Part shown: piece by piece, positions 12,481 to 24,698 of the stretch
How positions within the stretch are numbered: the first letter of the stretch is position 1
Layout of the letters: each line of letters begins with the position of its first letter
Source: Bispira polyomma
Taxonomy: Eukaryota
Length of the DNA stretch: 64,000 nt
Assembly: GCA_965649765.1 (NCBI GenBank)
Contig: OZ287760.1
Coordinates: 868,001 to 932,000 of the forward strand
Reading direction: 5' to 3'
The notes under the pieces: generated by a model
Database searches by the model: none
Seen by the model: only the letters and a program-made list of their open reading frames with translations
Told to the model about the DNA's origin: nothing
Position numbers and translations under genes: made by a program

Positions 12481-14992
12481 CTAGCATCAATAAAGCACGT
12501 TTAAAATTTATAATAATAATAATATAATACTGGTGAAATAATTAGTTACTTCATTGCAGGAAACACAACATTTGTTCGTAAACAAAGCAGAAAATTGTTT
12601 TATTTTACAAAGAATGAAATTAGTTCAACTGTTTTGGATGTTAAGTTTATATTACAGCAAAAGTAGTGTTTAAATATTTTGTTATACAGGTGGCTTTTTA
12701 ACTGAATAAAATGTTATATTTTATTTACTTTCTTGTACAGAAATTCTGTCCAAAGATATCACATTTCTGGTAATGCCTCTTCTTTCCAGATTTGATTTTC
12801 TTGAAAAATTTTAAACAAACTTTAATTTCAAAATGGAATATTTGAGTCAATCTTGAATATATATATTTATTTTTGAAAAAAAAATACCAAGAACAATTAA
12901 ACTAGATTATTTTGTCTTAAATATCATATGTTGTGTCTTTCAGCTATATAGTTTCCGAGAAAAAATATTAAATCAATTTTCTTCCTCAAAATATTGTGAA
13001 TTATTCCAATTTCTGAAGTAGTGCTTGCTTCCAACTTCAGCTTTCTCAGCTATTATACAATATATTTTTATTTTGTAAAAAGTATCAGAAAGCCTATTCA
13101 TCTGGCTTCACGGATATATATTCTGAAAGTCTGTAGCATCTATACTTACTGTGATATGAGCATTGATTCAATAACCTCCACTCTAAAAACTAATATGTTT
13201 AACAATTTTGCATATATAATCAAATTTTGGCTAACAATATCTTCATAATTATTTTATTTAAAATAAAATTGTTTAAACCTATCACAAGTTACATAATAAG
13301 AGGTTTCTAGTGATACCAAAACGACCATTTTAGGTGAAGTATTCATATAGATATAGCCATTTAATCAATTAAAATTTTCGGGAAAACTGCATAAAATAAG
13401 ACGTTTTGCACGAATGTCGAATCGGCACGCCTATTGAATCCAACTCAATACCTGGTTAAAATTAGCATTCAGTTCATTCCAACTTAACTAATGATCTGCA
13501 TATTATTAGCTTTCCAATGATATATAACTTGGAGAAATCGGTCAAAAAATACCAACTTAAAAGCAAAAATATCTTCTGAATACAAGTATTTTATAATCAC
13601 CTTAACTTCTGTATACTAATGTTTCAGTTGGCATTGGTTGTGCTATTTATGATGCCTCATATATTGAAATCTATGTTTTGAATAGCATAATACATATTAT
13701 TTATAAAATTGATAAAAATTATGAAGAAATAAATGTAACTACAGTCAAATCAGCATATTTTAGAAGTGGCGAATTTAAATCCATTTACTTCAGATGCTAC
13801 TTTAATTTGGTGAAATAATAACAGCTCCCTGTTAAAGTACAGGTCAAGGTTGTCAAAATTTATTTCGCATTACTGGAAACGCGTGCTTTTTAGATATAAA
13901 TAACAACAAAACCTGTTGAAAATTTTTTGTCACTCTGAAGTTATATAAGGAAATATAGCAAAAAGTGGCGGATTTACATCACTTGGTCTATATGCACACT
14001 ATGGCAGCCTTATAATTATTCTTTAGTGATATTTTTAAACTATTTTATTGATGCCTACACAATATAAAATTTGAGTAGTTTGTCACAATGTGATTAAAAA
14101 GCCCTATAACAATTTTTGTGTTGTGACGTCACACAATTTGAAATCTATGGAGGAACGTCATATTTGTAAACAATTCTCGCAGAGAGCTCAGTCTATTGTG
14201 ACACAATACGAGTATTGATTCAACACATATGCAGACAATATATTTGCTAAACAACTTTAAAAAACATGTATATTGTTTCTAATGATTTAGATTTTTTTAA
14301 TATCTTTTCTTATTTTCTAAAAACGAAGAACACCAACATCTTTCTGTTTAGAATAGTGTCGCTTTAATGCTATTGTAAAATTATCCCCATTTTTGTGCTT
14401 TTATTGAAAAGCTAATTCATTCAAAATAATGCTGATGTTTTCCTTTTTCTAGTCATGTACGTTACTTCAGTACTAATCCCTTTTTGGTATATAAATTGTG
14501 TCACATTTGTGAAGCATGTACTTTGAAAATATTAGCAATTTTAGTTACAATTTTACACACTGCTATATGTACTGTATGTCTCAAGATACCTATTAAAATG
14601 ATACCTAAAATGTATGAATTAGTATATATTTTAAATATATGCCATTCTTAATTATTTCTACTCATGTAAATGTAAATATGTCATTCATAAATCAAGTTTA
14701 AGGCCACAAAAAAAAAGTTGTGCAGTTTCTGAGAAGCTCGAGCACACATAACGTGTTTATCGACAAACGTTTTTGTGTTTACGTTACTAAAGCCTTAAGA
14801 ACCTTACAGACCGCCGATTGCACGACAAAAAATAGAAATAAGATCATATAGTGATTATTTACCCCGGTCCTTGCACGACACTACACCACACGACACTGCA
14901 ATTTAACTTGGGAGAAATGTCTTAAAAACGTATGTGTAATAGAACCTATCTTTACAGTTGTACACGAGTTGATCTTTTATATAAACCAATTA

Positions 14993-15180
14993 CAGTGGAA
15001 CCTCTATTATCCAAACTTCTTATCCAAATATTTGATTTGATGAACTCATTGCCACTAATCCTAATTTACATTTCCCTATGGTTATACAGAAATTCTGAAT
15101 CTATTTTTTGTGACTTCTATTATCCAAACCAAATCTGTCTGCTTTCTCCCAACCTGTTTGGACAGTAGAGGTTCTTACTG
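14993..15180. mobile_element. pogo/Tigger-like MITE
   Basis: TA|cagtggaacctctattatcc ... ggacagtagaggttcttactg. Confidence 0.7.
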
Positions 15181-15287
15181 AGCTGCCTTAGACTTATTCA
15201 AACCCAGGGATTATTGTCTTAAATGATTAGAAAGCCACACAAACACACCACGTGAAAAACAGTTTATTTTAATTTCTCGTATCTTTC

Positions 15288-16010
15288 TGTGTGTGGCCCT
15301 CTGACAGGGATGCTGTGTCTGGTCATCTGACAGGGATGCTGTGTGTGTGGTCACCTGACAGGGATACTGTGTGTGTGGTCACCTGGCAGGGATGCTGTGT
15401 GTGTGGTCACCTGACAGGGATGCTGTGTGTGTGTGGTCACCTGACAGGGATGCTGTGTGTGTGGTCACCTGACAGGGATGCTGTGTGTGTGGTCACCTGA
15501 CAGGGATGCTGTGTGTGTGGTCACCTGACAGGGATGCTGTGTGTGTGGTCACCTGACAGGGATGCTGTGTGTGTGGTCACCTGACAGGGATGCTGTGTGT
15601 GTGGTCACCTGACAGGGATGCTGTGTGTGTGGTCACCTGACAGGGATGCTGTGTGTGTGGTCACCTGACAGGGATGCTGTGTGTGTGGTCACCTGACAGG
15701 GATGCTGTGTGTGTGGTCACCTGACAGGGATGCTGTGTGTGTGGTCACCTGACAGGGATGCTGTGTGTGTGGTCACCTGACAGGGATGCTGTGTGTGTGG
15801 TCACCTGACAGGGATGCTGTGTGTGTGGTCACCTGACAGGGATGCTGTGTGTGTGGTCACCTGACAGGGATGCTGTGTGTGTGGTCACCTGACAGGGATG
15901 CTGTGTGTGTGGTCACCTGACAGGGATGCTGTGTGTGTGGTCACCTGACAGGGATGCTGTGTGTGTGGTCACCTGACAGAGATGCTGTGTGTGGTCATCT
16001 GACAGGGATG
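15288..16010. repeat. 28-bp minisatellite, ~25 copies
   Basis: Unit gtggtcacctgacagggatgctgtgtgt, near-perfect in the core. Confidence 0.97.
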
Positions 16011-16169
16011 TGGTATTGTTTGGCTACAGTAGTGTGACCATTACAACTGATGATGAAGCGTACTAGTGAGCTGTGGTTTGACGTGTACCAGACTGGTGTC
16101 CTGAAGAGAACAAGGCCTCGTGTGTGTGTGTCTAGATAGAAACTGCTTGGTACGATTCGAGAGATTTCT

Positions 16170-16345
16170 ATTTACAGTGAATATTCGCCCCTCACCAATG
16201 TGTGGGTTTGAATCCTGTTCATTCCTTTGTGTGGTGAAAGTTTGGTCAGGTTCTTGACCTAGGGTGGTGGTTTACACAGCTGCAGTGCGCCTGTGGAGAA
16301 AGAGTTTTTGCCTGAAGTGTCGGGTGGTTCACAGAAAAGAAACCT
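16170..16345 (+). mobile_element. SINE (V-domain-like family), partial
   Basis: cccctcaccaatgtgtgggtttgaatcctgttc (B-box)...gaaagtttggtcag...gtggtttacacag. Confidence 0.7.
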
Positions 16346-17020
16346 AATATGCCAGTATTTTTTGTCGATTGTCTGAGTCCACTCCAGAATGTATTGTAAA
16401 CTGTAGTGGGTCTGCTTAATGTTATACCTGTACTAGAATCTTGACTAACTAGTAGAATACACAAATTTCATCCAAGTTCATGTTGAACCCAAAATCAAAT
16501 CAAATCATACTATTACAGAAAATGAATGTCACAATTTGGTTGTACGGCTTAGGTTTGCTGTGTAAGACCTAATTCTCCTCCCCGGATCCACCCAGTAGTT
16601 GTTGAGGACATTTACAGCTTCTCACAGCAGGGCAGTGTATTGTCACACTAGATTCATCAATTAGAAAACAAATAAATAGTAGTGATTGCAATGTTTAAAG
16701 TTTTGTGCAGTTATGGTCAATTAGAACCTATTTAGTCCAAACTTCTATATGATCCCACTCTTCGGTTTTCATCGATGTTTTCCCCTGTTTTGTATACTAA
16801 AAATGCCTCCTGTACTTCATGAACCCTTTTTATTATCCAAAGAAAATCTTGCTCTCCCAACTTGTTCAGAAACTAGAGGTTTTATTGATAATTTCAATGG
16901 TCACTTTCAAGGATATGGACTGGAGTTTAGAGGCTGAATATATATATATACATGTCATTAACCATACACAATGTATGAAAACAAAGGTTGTTTACAGTAT
17001 TATGTATTGGTGTAGTTAAC

Positions 17021-17215
17021 CCCTTTCAATCCCCCAGAGAAAACTATGACCCGAAACTAAAGGAAATTTTCCTGTAATAGGTAGCAGATAGCTGGAGTCA
17101 CTACAACACACGCCAGACTACTCCTGGCATTCAATAGCGGCCTCGCAGGCCATAGTTGGTGTAATGTACTAGGAATTTCCTTTTGCGTGGAACTAAAGGA
17201 AAATTAAAAAATAAT
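17021..17215. mobile_element. piggyBac-like MITE fragment
   Basis: Starts after ttaac with ccctttcaa; reverse-complement similarity to 46740-46850 and to the 36517 family. Confidence 0.55.
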
Positions 17216-17384
17216 TTGAGTCTTGACTTCTGGCTGTCAGACATAAGATTTGCGCGTAACAGTGCTGTCCGATGTCTGCCAACAAAATAAAGAGGTCAAA
17301 AGGTTCAAATAAAACGCATTTTATATTATGCAGACTAATGCCCCATATTATCTTTAGTATCACTTGGTTTGTTTATTTTTATAG

Positions 17385-17952
17385 ATTTCGTTGGCAGTCA
17401 GGCAAGTGTGTGCGAGACAGTCAGGCATCCAAACCAAAAACATCCAAGCTGTCGGCCAAGTGTGTCAGAAAGTCAGGCATCAAATGTACAAAAATCCTAG
17501 TTATCAGGCAAGTGTGTGTGAGACACTCAGGCATCCAAAGCCCAAACATCACAGTTGTCGTTGGGCAACTGTGTGAGACAGACGAGCATCAAAACCACAA
17601 TCATCCCAGGTGTCAGGCAAGTGTGACAAAGTCGCGCATCAAAACCACAATCATCCTAGGAGTCGGGCAAGTGTGACAAAGTCGCGCATCAAAACCACAA
17701 TCATCCCAGGTGTCAGGCAAGTGCGAGAGAGTCTCGCATCAAAACCACAAAAATCACAGGTGTCGGGCAAGTGTGTGTGAGACAGACGGGCATCAAAACC
17801 AGTGTGCCGACAGTCGGCCGGTGAGGGCAAGTGTGTGTATGGTCGTTATGAAAACAACAAAAAGCTGATGGTTCAGAGACAGTCAGAGACAGGACAGGAA
17901 CCATCAGAATGTGACGAATTGATTTGAAGACGGTGCAACCAAGTGGAAACAG
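17385..17952 (+). other. Candidate non-coding exon built from ~8 diverged 55-62-bp repeats
   Basis: Strong acceptor tttgtttatttttatag|, donor CAG|GTAGGG, sharp GC shift at both borders; repeat unit gtc(a/g)ggcaagtgtg...gcatcaaaaccacaatcatcc. Confidence 0.45.
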
Positions 17953-18679
17953 GTAGGGGCATTAATTGATAGTATTATGGATAGCAGGCCTCATAACGTT
18001 CCTAATTTTCCAATGTTTTTGAAGCCTTCCTATATTTTGTTTTGTTAAAATCTCCCTATATCTCCTTGTGTTTTTTCTGAAATGATGTCATAGTTTTGCT
18101 CAAAAGCAAGTGACAGTGGCATCGTTTTTGGTTTAATCTATTAAAAGCCGGCTTGTTCTCAAATTGGGGTTAGGAATATTGAATGTCACTGCACGTCCGC
18201 ACATGGTCTGGTAACATTAGCTGAAGTGATGACACTTTTTGAACAGCGGCACCAGTAAGTGTATGTGGAAACAAAACGGTTACATAGGAAGGCTTCACAT
18301 TCTTTTTTTTTGTTATCGAAACTTCTTTAAATGTCCACTATATATATTGATTTTCCTGTATTTTTCCGATTTTTTTTTGCGAGATTTCTATAAATAATCT
18401 TCTGTATTTTGTCCTAGATTTTGTGTTATGAGACCTGGGATAGATTTTATTTTGCTGCTACATATGGGTGGTCAAAATTGTTTTTTTTTTAGTTTTTTTG
18501 TTGACTATTTTTATTAATTTTAAACCCCAAATTATATTGTCAATTAAAAGTAACTTCGACCTTAGTCAATATTTTCCATACTGTTGTAAGGTTTTAATAT
18601 CAATACAGACACACCTACTATCTCACTACATAACCTATAAAGAACAGACTCTTAAACAAAAGAGCACAAAATTATGAAC

Positions 18680-18957
18680 CGGGACCTTATTCACTTATGC
18701 GTGGAAAATTTTTCCAAGCTTAAGAATTTTCTTATTCTTATTCTTAGAATAAGAATTTTCCTAGCTTAAAATTTGTAAATAGAAATACATAATCTTTTTT
18801 TAAACTTAACTGAGGTCTTGACCATTCTTAGAATCAAAGCTCATTCTTGGAATTTGTATGTATTCTTGAAAATTTTTCTAAGTATAAGAAAATTCCTGAG
18901 AATAATTCTAAGTATAGGAATTATTCTAAGTATAAGAACTTTAGTAAATACGGCCTG
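18680..18957. mobile_element. PIF/Harbinger-like MITE
   Basis: Imperfect TIRs gggaccttattcact / agtaaatacggcctg; internal taagaa/ttctta repeats. Confidence 0.55.
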
Positions 18958-19437
18958 TGGTCCCCAATTTCTCGTCATGCACGATTTTTATTATGTTGAT
19001 TTTTTTTTTTCCAAACATTTTAATTTCCACTAATAAAGGAGGGATGTTGTTCCTTTGCCTCTCTATTCTAGTAGTGTGTGTATAAATCATTTGCATGGTA
19101 AAAATGTTGTATTGTTGTAAGAAGTTTTAGGGTGCAAGGTCTGTTTGCAAATTTGGAATGTCAGAAGTAAAGTCTAGTGTGTGTTTGAGTGATTTCAGCT
19201 ATCATTTGTTTAAATAATTGTACGTTGCACTGTGAATATATGCTGGAAGTACAGTCTGTAATGCCTGTTTTATTGACTTCGCTATCTGTAACCTTTTGCA
19301 TGAAAACCTCCTTTGGTTCCCGCCGATAGTTTTCGTTTGGTATCAAAAGCTTTAATGTAATGATCCAAAATTCCAGTGGAGTATCTGTACACACGTCGGG
19401 AGACTTAAGTATTCCATTCAGATAATAAAATGGGGTT

Positions 19438-19590
19438 GTGAGAAGTGGCAGGTCAGTATACACGTATAGAACAGTGGGATTATAGTAAGAAGTGGCAGGT
19501 CAGTTTACACGTATAAAACAGTGGGATTATAGTGAGAAGTGGCAGGTCAGTTTACACGTATAGAATAGTGGGATTATAGTGAGAAGTGCC
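19438..19590. repeat. 47-bp tandem repeat, ~3.3 copies
   Basis: Unit gtgagaagtggcaggtcagtttacacgtatagaacagtgggattata. Confidence 0.9.
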
Positions 19591-19682
19591 CAAAAGACTG
19601 CATGTTTGGATAAACTAGAATTTCAGATAATACAGGTTCTACTCTATAGTTAAACCCCTTTAAGTTGAACCTATACGGACTA

Positions 19683-20748
19683 GGGGTGGTATTTACAAAA
19701 ACGTCTTGGCTTCTAGTATTTTGGTCTTGGCTAAGATTTGTCTTATGCCGTGGTCACACTGGGCTTGCGCTTCAATTACGCACAAAAAATGGCTAAAAAT
19801 AGCACATGTAAGGTGAAGCATAAGTACATGTATTTGTGTAGAGGACGTAGTCTGCCTAAGTAAATGTAAGCATGTGCGAGTAAGATGGTCCCCTAATCTC
19901 ATAATTTCGTGCTGCACATAATGTAAGTCCATTTGGGGCGCTTTTCTAAAACAGTTGGTGTGTTTATGGAAACGTATGACACTTCTTAGATCCTATATGA
20001 CTTAAAGGATGGAAGTAAGATGTACTATACATCCAAATAAGAACTAGATACGTGAACGATATAGATAAAGCAAATGCAACCTATTTAAGACGAGATCGAC
20101 ATTGAGATTAAAATGTATTTTAAGACCTGGGTAATGTACCTTAAAACATGGCGAACGTATTTCAAAACATGGCACAAACATAACTGCACAAACATAATTG
20201 AAACGGCTATTAAAACATGTTGAATGTGTGTTCAAATGTGTACGAAATGGCCCATACATTGAATTTTTTGTTACGTTTCCCGTATTTCACTTTGTTTATT
20301 TCCGTTTGCATATATTTAAAACGAATCAAAAGTAAACACGAACGTGCTCAGTGTGACCACAGCATTAAATTGGTATTCACAAAGCTAGTTTTGGCCAAGA
20401 TATTTGCCTAGTTTTGACTTGGTCTTGAGCATTCTACTATGAGATTATCAATAACCACTGTGGTTATCACTCTACTCACGTGATACAAGATGTAAACAAT
20501 AAGTTGTCTGTTACTTATATTATTAAATCGATACTTGACAAGTTGTTCATCAGACAGGATGTCAAGTGGATTACTTTCATCGCGAAATACCTAATTTTTC
20601 CCAAAATGCTTTCATTTCTTCGGTCAGAATCTAAGAATCTGTCTGGCAGCCATATTTAAGACAGGTCTTAATTATTTAAGACTGTTTTGTGTTGGTCTTG
20701 AGGTTGAAGACTTAAGTTCAGACTGAGACCTTTTGTGCATACCGCCCC
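19683..20748. mobile_element. PIF/Harbinger-like MITE (middle layer of nest)
   Basis: TIRs ggggtggtatttacaaaa / ttttgtgcataccgcccc; TSD imperfect. Confidence 0.7.
19746..20364. mobile_element. PIF/Harbinger-like MITE (innermost)
   Basis: TTA|tgccgtggtcacactgggc ... gctcagtgtgaccacagca|TTA; 3-bp TTA TSD. Confidence 0.85.
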
Positions 20749-20982
20749 AAGTAAAATAGCTCTACTTAAGTAGGATCTCCACTTAACAGGCTCGATTTTA
20801 AAGGGGAACACCTATGTGGAACTACTGATGTATTTCTCCACATAAAAGGTTAAATTGACTAAACAATTCTACTTTAAGGGGTTTTGACTGTGCGCTACCA
20901 CTCTGTGACCATATATACAATAGTCGGGACATGTTGTCTGCAATAAAGCACCCCCCTTCCCCTCCCCATCTCTGATTCTCTG

Positions 20983-21876
20983 ATTGTATCCACGGGAAAA
21001 CAAGATGGCCACCACAGGCATTTCTTTGAAAATAATCAGACTTTTGACGGTCTGTTTCTCGGCTGTAGATGGTTGAATCTCTTTATGGGTGATATGTTCA
21101 ACGGATGTACATGTCCTGTATAAGCATGTATACATTTGAGGTTGAATCTCCTAATTCAAGCTCATCGACAAAATGTTAAAGTAACCCAAATGACATATTT
21201 TGGGCCTCTTCAAGGTCAAACACGGATGGCCAAACTTAAAAGTGCCTTTATCGCACTTATTTTTGGTCAAACAGGTTTTGGATGTGAAACCAACCTATAG
21301 GAAATCATGGCCTGGGAATCTTTTTATGTATTTCGATTTCAGCTTGGGCCCCTCGTTTAAGGTCAAATGCGGATGGCCAAACTTCAAAGTGCCTATATAT
21401 CGCTTATCATTATTCCTAGAGGTTTGGAATATGAAACCAACCTGTAGAAAATCCAAGGCCTAGGAATCTTTTGATGTCTGATTTGACCTTGGGCCTCTCA
21501 TTCAAGATAGTCTTGGTAAAACTTAAAAGTTCCTATATCTCGCTCTTTATTGGTCGTAGAGGTTTGGGATGTAAAACCAACCTTTAGGAAATTGTGGGCT
21601 GGTAATCTTTTGCTGTGGTCAGATTTGACCTTGGACCCCTCATTCAAAGTCAAATGGGTAGGCTAAACTTTAAAGTGCCTATCTCACACTTATTATTGAT
21701 CCCACAGGTTTGCAATGTGAAACCCACTTGTGCCATTCAAAGCTTTAACATAAATGCCCTATAGGAAATCATAGGCTTCTAGCTTGGGTGCTACCTGGGG
21801 TGCTTGCTACCTAGGGTGTTTAGTCTTTCTGGTGGATACAAATATGGATCGGTTCTCAGATGCACTAGGTCTAGTT
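20983..21876 (+). mobile_element. Helentron-associated interspersed element (HINE), copy 1
   Basis: Sub-TIR attgtatcca / tggatacaaat, 3' hairpin, ctagtt end, ~147-bp internal core repeats; collinear with 52132-53129. Confidence 0.8.
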
Positions 21877-22005
21877 ATTTATGGACACCCCTCTCCCTAT
21901 CCAAATGCCGAATACTTCCGCAAGTACTACACTTGAATATTATGGGCAATTTGATAAATGCTTGCCTTCAGACAGTGTTTAGTATACATGTAGTTTATGG
22001 TGTAT

Positions 22006-22215
22006 GGAACTTTGACCACAGGGAACTTTGACCACAGGACCTTTGCCCACAGGGAACTTTGACCACAGGACCTTTGCCCACAGGGAACTTTGACCACAGG
22101 ACCTTTGCCCACAGGGAACTTTGACCACAGGACCTTTGCCCACAGGGAACTTTGACCACAGGACCTTTGCCCACAGGGAACTTTGACCACAGGACCTTTG
22201 CCCACAGGGAACTTT
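22006..22215. repeat. 31-bp tandem array (dimer of 15/16-bp subterminal motif)
   Basis: Unit ggaactttgaccacaggacctttgcccacag, ~6.5 copies. Confidence 0.95.
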
Positions 22216-22464
22216 GCTGACAACAATTTTTACATGGGAGGAACTTTGCCCACAATAATAATAAAATATTAAATAATAACCATAAGAATAAGTTATTATA
22301 TTATTGAATTTATTGAATAAAATGTAAACAGTATATAATATCTACATTATCAAAACAGTCGACAGCACTTTGTACAGACTTCAGAATCAGTCATTAGCAT
22401 TATAACATGTTTTTAGTTTAGTCTGATTGGGCACCAACAGACTTCAGAAATTCTTCTAGTGTTT

Positions 22465-22817
22465 TCTAGCAAGGTGACGTAGTCTAACTGGTGTAGCAAA
22501 ATCCATCATCCTGTTATTTGCTTATTTTCCACTGTCATGAAATTCTTCCCCCTAAATTAAGTCCACTTTTCTTCAAGCTCAAGCTCATGGAGGGATGATG
22601 GATCCTTAGGAAGTGCACTTTTCTTCTGTTCGTGGATTACTCGTTTTACAGATTCCATATTTGCAAGTGCAGCCCTGACTTTCACTGGCACATTATCTAC
22701 ATTGTCAGCAACAATCTGGGATGGTTCACTTCTGGTAGCTGTGGCATGATCCTTCATAGTAGTTTTGACTTTTAACTGCTTGCCCTTTGTTTTTATCACT
22801 ACTGTGGCTATGTTCAC
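22465..22817 (-). pseudogene. MULE transposase fragment (region following the FLYWCH domain)
   Basis: KVKTTMKDHATATRSEPSQIV...VRAALANMESVKRVIHEQK...PKDPSSLHELELEEKWT, then across a break HDSGK*ANNRMMDFAT...LRHLAR, as in animal FLYWCH-MULE transposases. Confidence 0.8.
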
Positions 22818-23905
22818 TTTTACTTATTACAATTATCTAAGGTGAATATTTGGAAGCAGGGAAGCTTTTGATGAAGGTCAATTAATGTTTGATCTCTTTT
22901 GAAACTATTATGCCCTAAGCAGTTATCGAACGTGAATAATAATTGCAATAAAAAAACAATGTCTTTATGGTGGGCAAAATTTATATTGTGGGCAGAAGTC
23001 CTACCCTGTAAAAATGGTTGTGGGCAAAGTTCCTGTGGGAAAAGTCCCTTGTGGGCAAAGTTCCTGTGGGCAAAGTTCCTGGATTCGTAGTTTATATAGT
23101 GACTTGTATTGTGGCTAGATGTATGCTAATGCAGAATGACATTTCTCATCTCCCAGATCCCCAGTCATGTTCTGTCGACAAGCAGTCGACACCCTAGAAA
23201 GATTATTGTTGTGCTATGCGTCCCAATGTCTGAGTTTGGTTTCTGCTCATTTAGATGAAAAGTATTACCAGTTTATCATATGTATAGCTTGCTTTGGGTT
23301 AATTTTGGGAGGGTTCTGAAAAACAGAAAGGCCACTTTTAATGTTGCACTAAAATTACTTTTTGAAAAATAACAGTGTATTACGGGTAATAAAATTACAG
23401 GTAATAAAAAAAGTCCCTTTGTACAGAAAATAAACTTTTTTTAAATATTTTGCCACACTTTTTTGACAGTTTATTACACTTATTAAACATTTAGAATAAG
23501 AATAAGCACTTGATAGTTCATTTTAAGCACATTATATGAATATATATATATATATATTAAATTTATAAATTAAAGAATTTCTGAAGATTAATCACTCTCT
23601 TATCCACTGTGGTATTGGTAAATTACAATTAACCGTTACTGAATGTTTCTTTTCAACTTTGTCTCACACGTAACAAAAGGAATCAACCAAAGGTGATTAA
23701 CTTTCCTAAGCAGTTACCTGAGAAAAGTAAAGAATTCAAAACCTCTTTGATAAACACTTTCCTGAGCAGTCATCTGAGAGAACTAAATCAAAGGCTCTTT
23801 CAGAAACAGTTACATTATCTTTGTAACTTACAACCAGTGTCTTCTCCACTTTGGTTAGCTAAAGGGATTACTTGTGATATATTCATCAAAGGAAATGTGA
23901 ATCCA

Positions 23906-24075
23906 GGAACTTTGCCCACACAGGAACTTTGCCCACACAGGAACTTTGCCCACACAGGAACTTTGCCCACACAGGAACTTTGCCCACACAGGAACTTTGC
24001 CCACACAGGAACTTTGCCCACACAGGAACTTTGCCCACACAGGAACTTTGCCCACACAGGAACTTTGCCCACAAG
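23906..24075. repeat. 17-bp tandem array, ~10 copies
   Basis: Unit ggaactttgcccacaca. Confidence 0.95.
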
Positions 24076-24517
24076 TGACTTTTCCCACAGGAACTTTGCC
24101 CACCACCATTTTCACAGGGTAGGACTTCTGCTCACAATATAATTTTGCCCACCACAAAGACATTTTCTTTATTTATTCCAATTAATATTCACCTTAGATA
24201 ACTGCTCAGGACATAATAGTTTCAAAAGAGATCAAAATTAATTGACTGTCACCAAAAGCTTCCCTGCTTCTTTAGATGTAATTTTCTTGTTACAATTAAT
24301 ACTTCCTTAGATAACTGATCAGGACAGTTATCTAATCAGGATCCTTTTAAAAGAGATGAAACATTAATTGCACTTCCCAAGTTGCACTATATAAAGTATA
24401 TAAGGTTGATCTTATTAGCATTTAATTCATTGTTTATAGATTTACATAGTATTGCATAATAGAAATTATAAAAAACACCAGAGGTGGTCAAAACCTGAGC
24501 TATGATTTATACATGTA

Positions 24518-24698
24518 CAGTTAAACCCCTTTAAGTAGAACTCTATTAATTCAATTTACCTTTTAAGTTGAGCAAAATTGATAGCCCCACGAAGGCCATT
24601 TTTATTCAAATCTACTATCATAATGTTAAGTGGAAATCCTGCTAAAGTAGAAGTATTTTTACTGGTCCCTTGAGGTTCGACTTAAACGGGTTCAACTG
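24518..24698. mobile_element. pogo/Tigger-like MITE inside MULE copy 2
   Basis: TA|cagttaaacccctttaagtagaac ... gttcgacttaaacgggttcaactg. Confidence 0.8.

Larger units (their letters stand above)
8934..13988. mobile_element. ~5-kb non-autonomous TIR element, superfamily unassigned, with nested fragments
   Basis: TA|gaccaagtgatgtaaattcgcc ... ggcggatttacatcacttggtc|TA (22-bp TIR, 1 mismatch); subterminal repeat of the aattcgcc motif at both ends (8966, ~13768). Confidence 0.8.
19646..20815. mobile_element. pogo/Tigger-like MITE split by nested Harbinger-like MITEs
   Basis: 19646-19682 joined to 20749-20815 reconstitutes the reverse complement of the MITE at 24518-24698. Confidence 0.7.
21999..23086 (-). 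mobile_element. Mutator-like (MULE) deletion derivative, copy 1
   Basis: Perfect 9-bp TSD gtagtttat (21990-21998 / 23087-23095), inverted subterminal ggaactttgccc arrays, transposase remnant inside. Confidence 0.92.

Noticed and set aside
15288-16010. Regular array as CRISPR (same for the 30425, 37091 and 62381 arrays)
   Set aside because: Units are head-to-tail with no unique spacers, there are no cas genes, and the context is eukaryotic.
17272-17904. ORFs across the 55-62-bp repeats
   Set aside because: Unit lengths shift frame and the peptide repeats do not stay in one frame.
21927-24163. Multiple repetitive ORFs (KVPCGQ, GTLPTQELCPHRNFAH)
   Set aside because: Translations of MULE subterminal tandem arrays, open in several frames.
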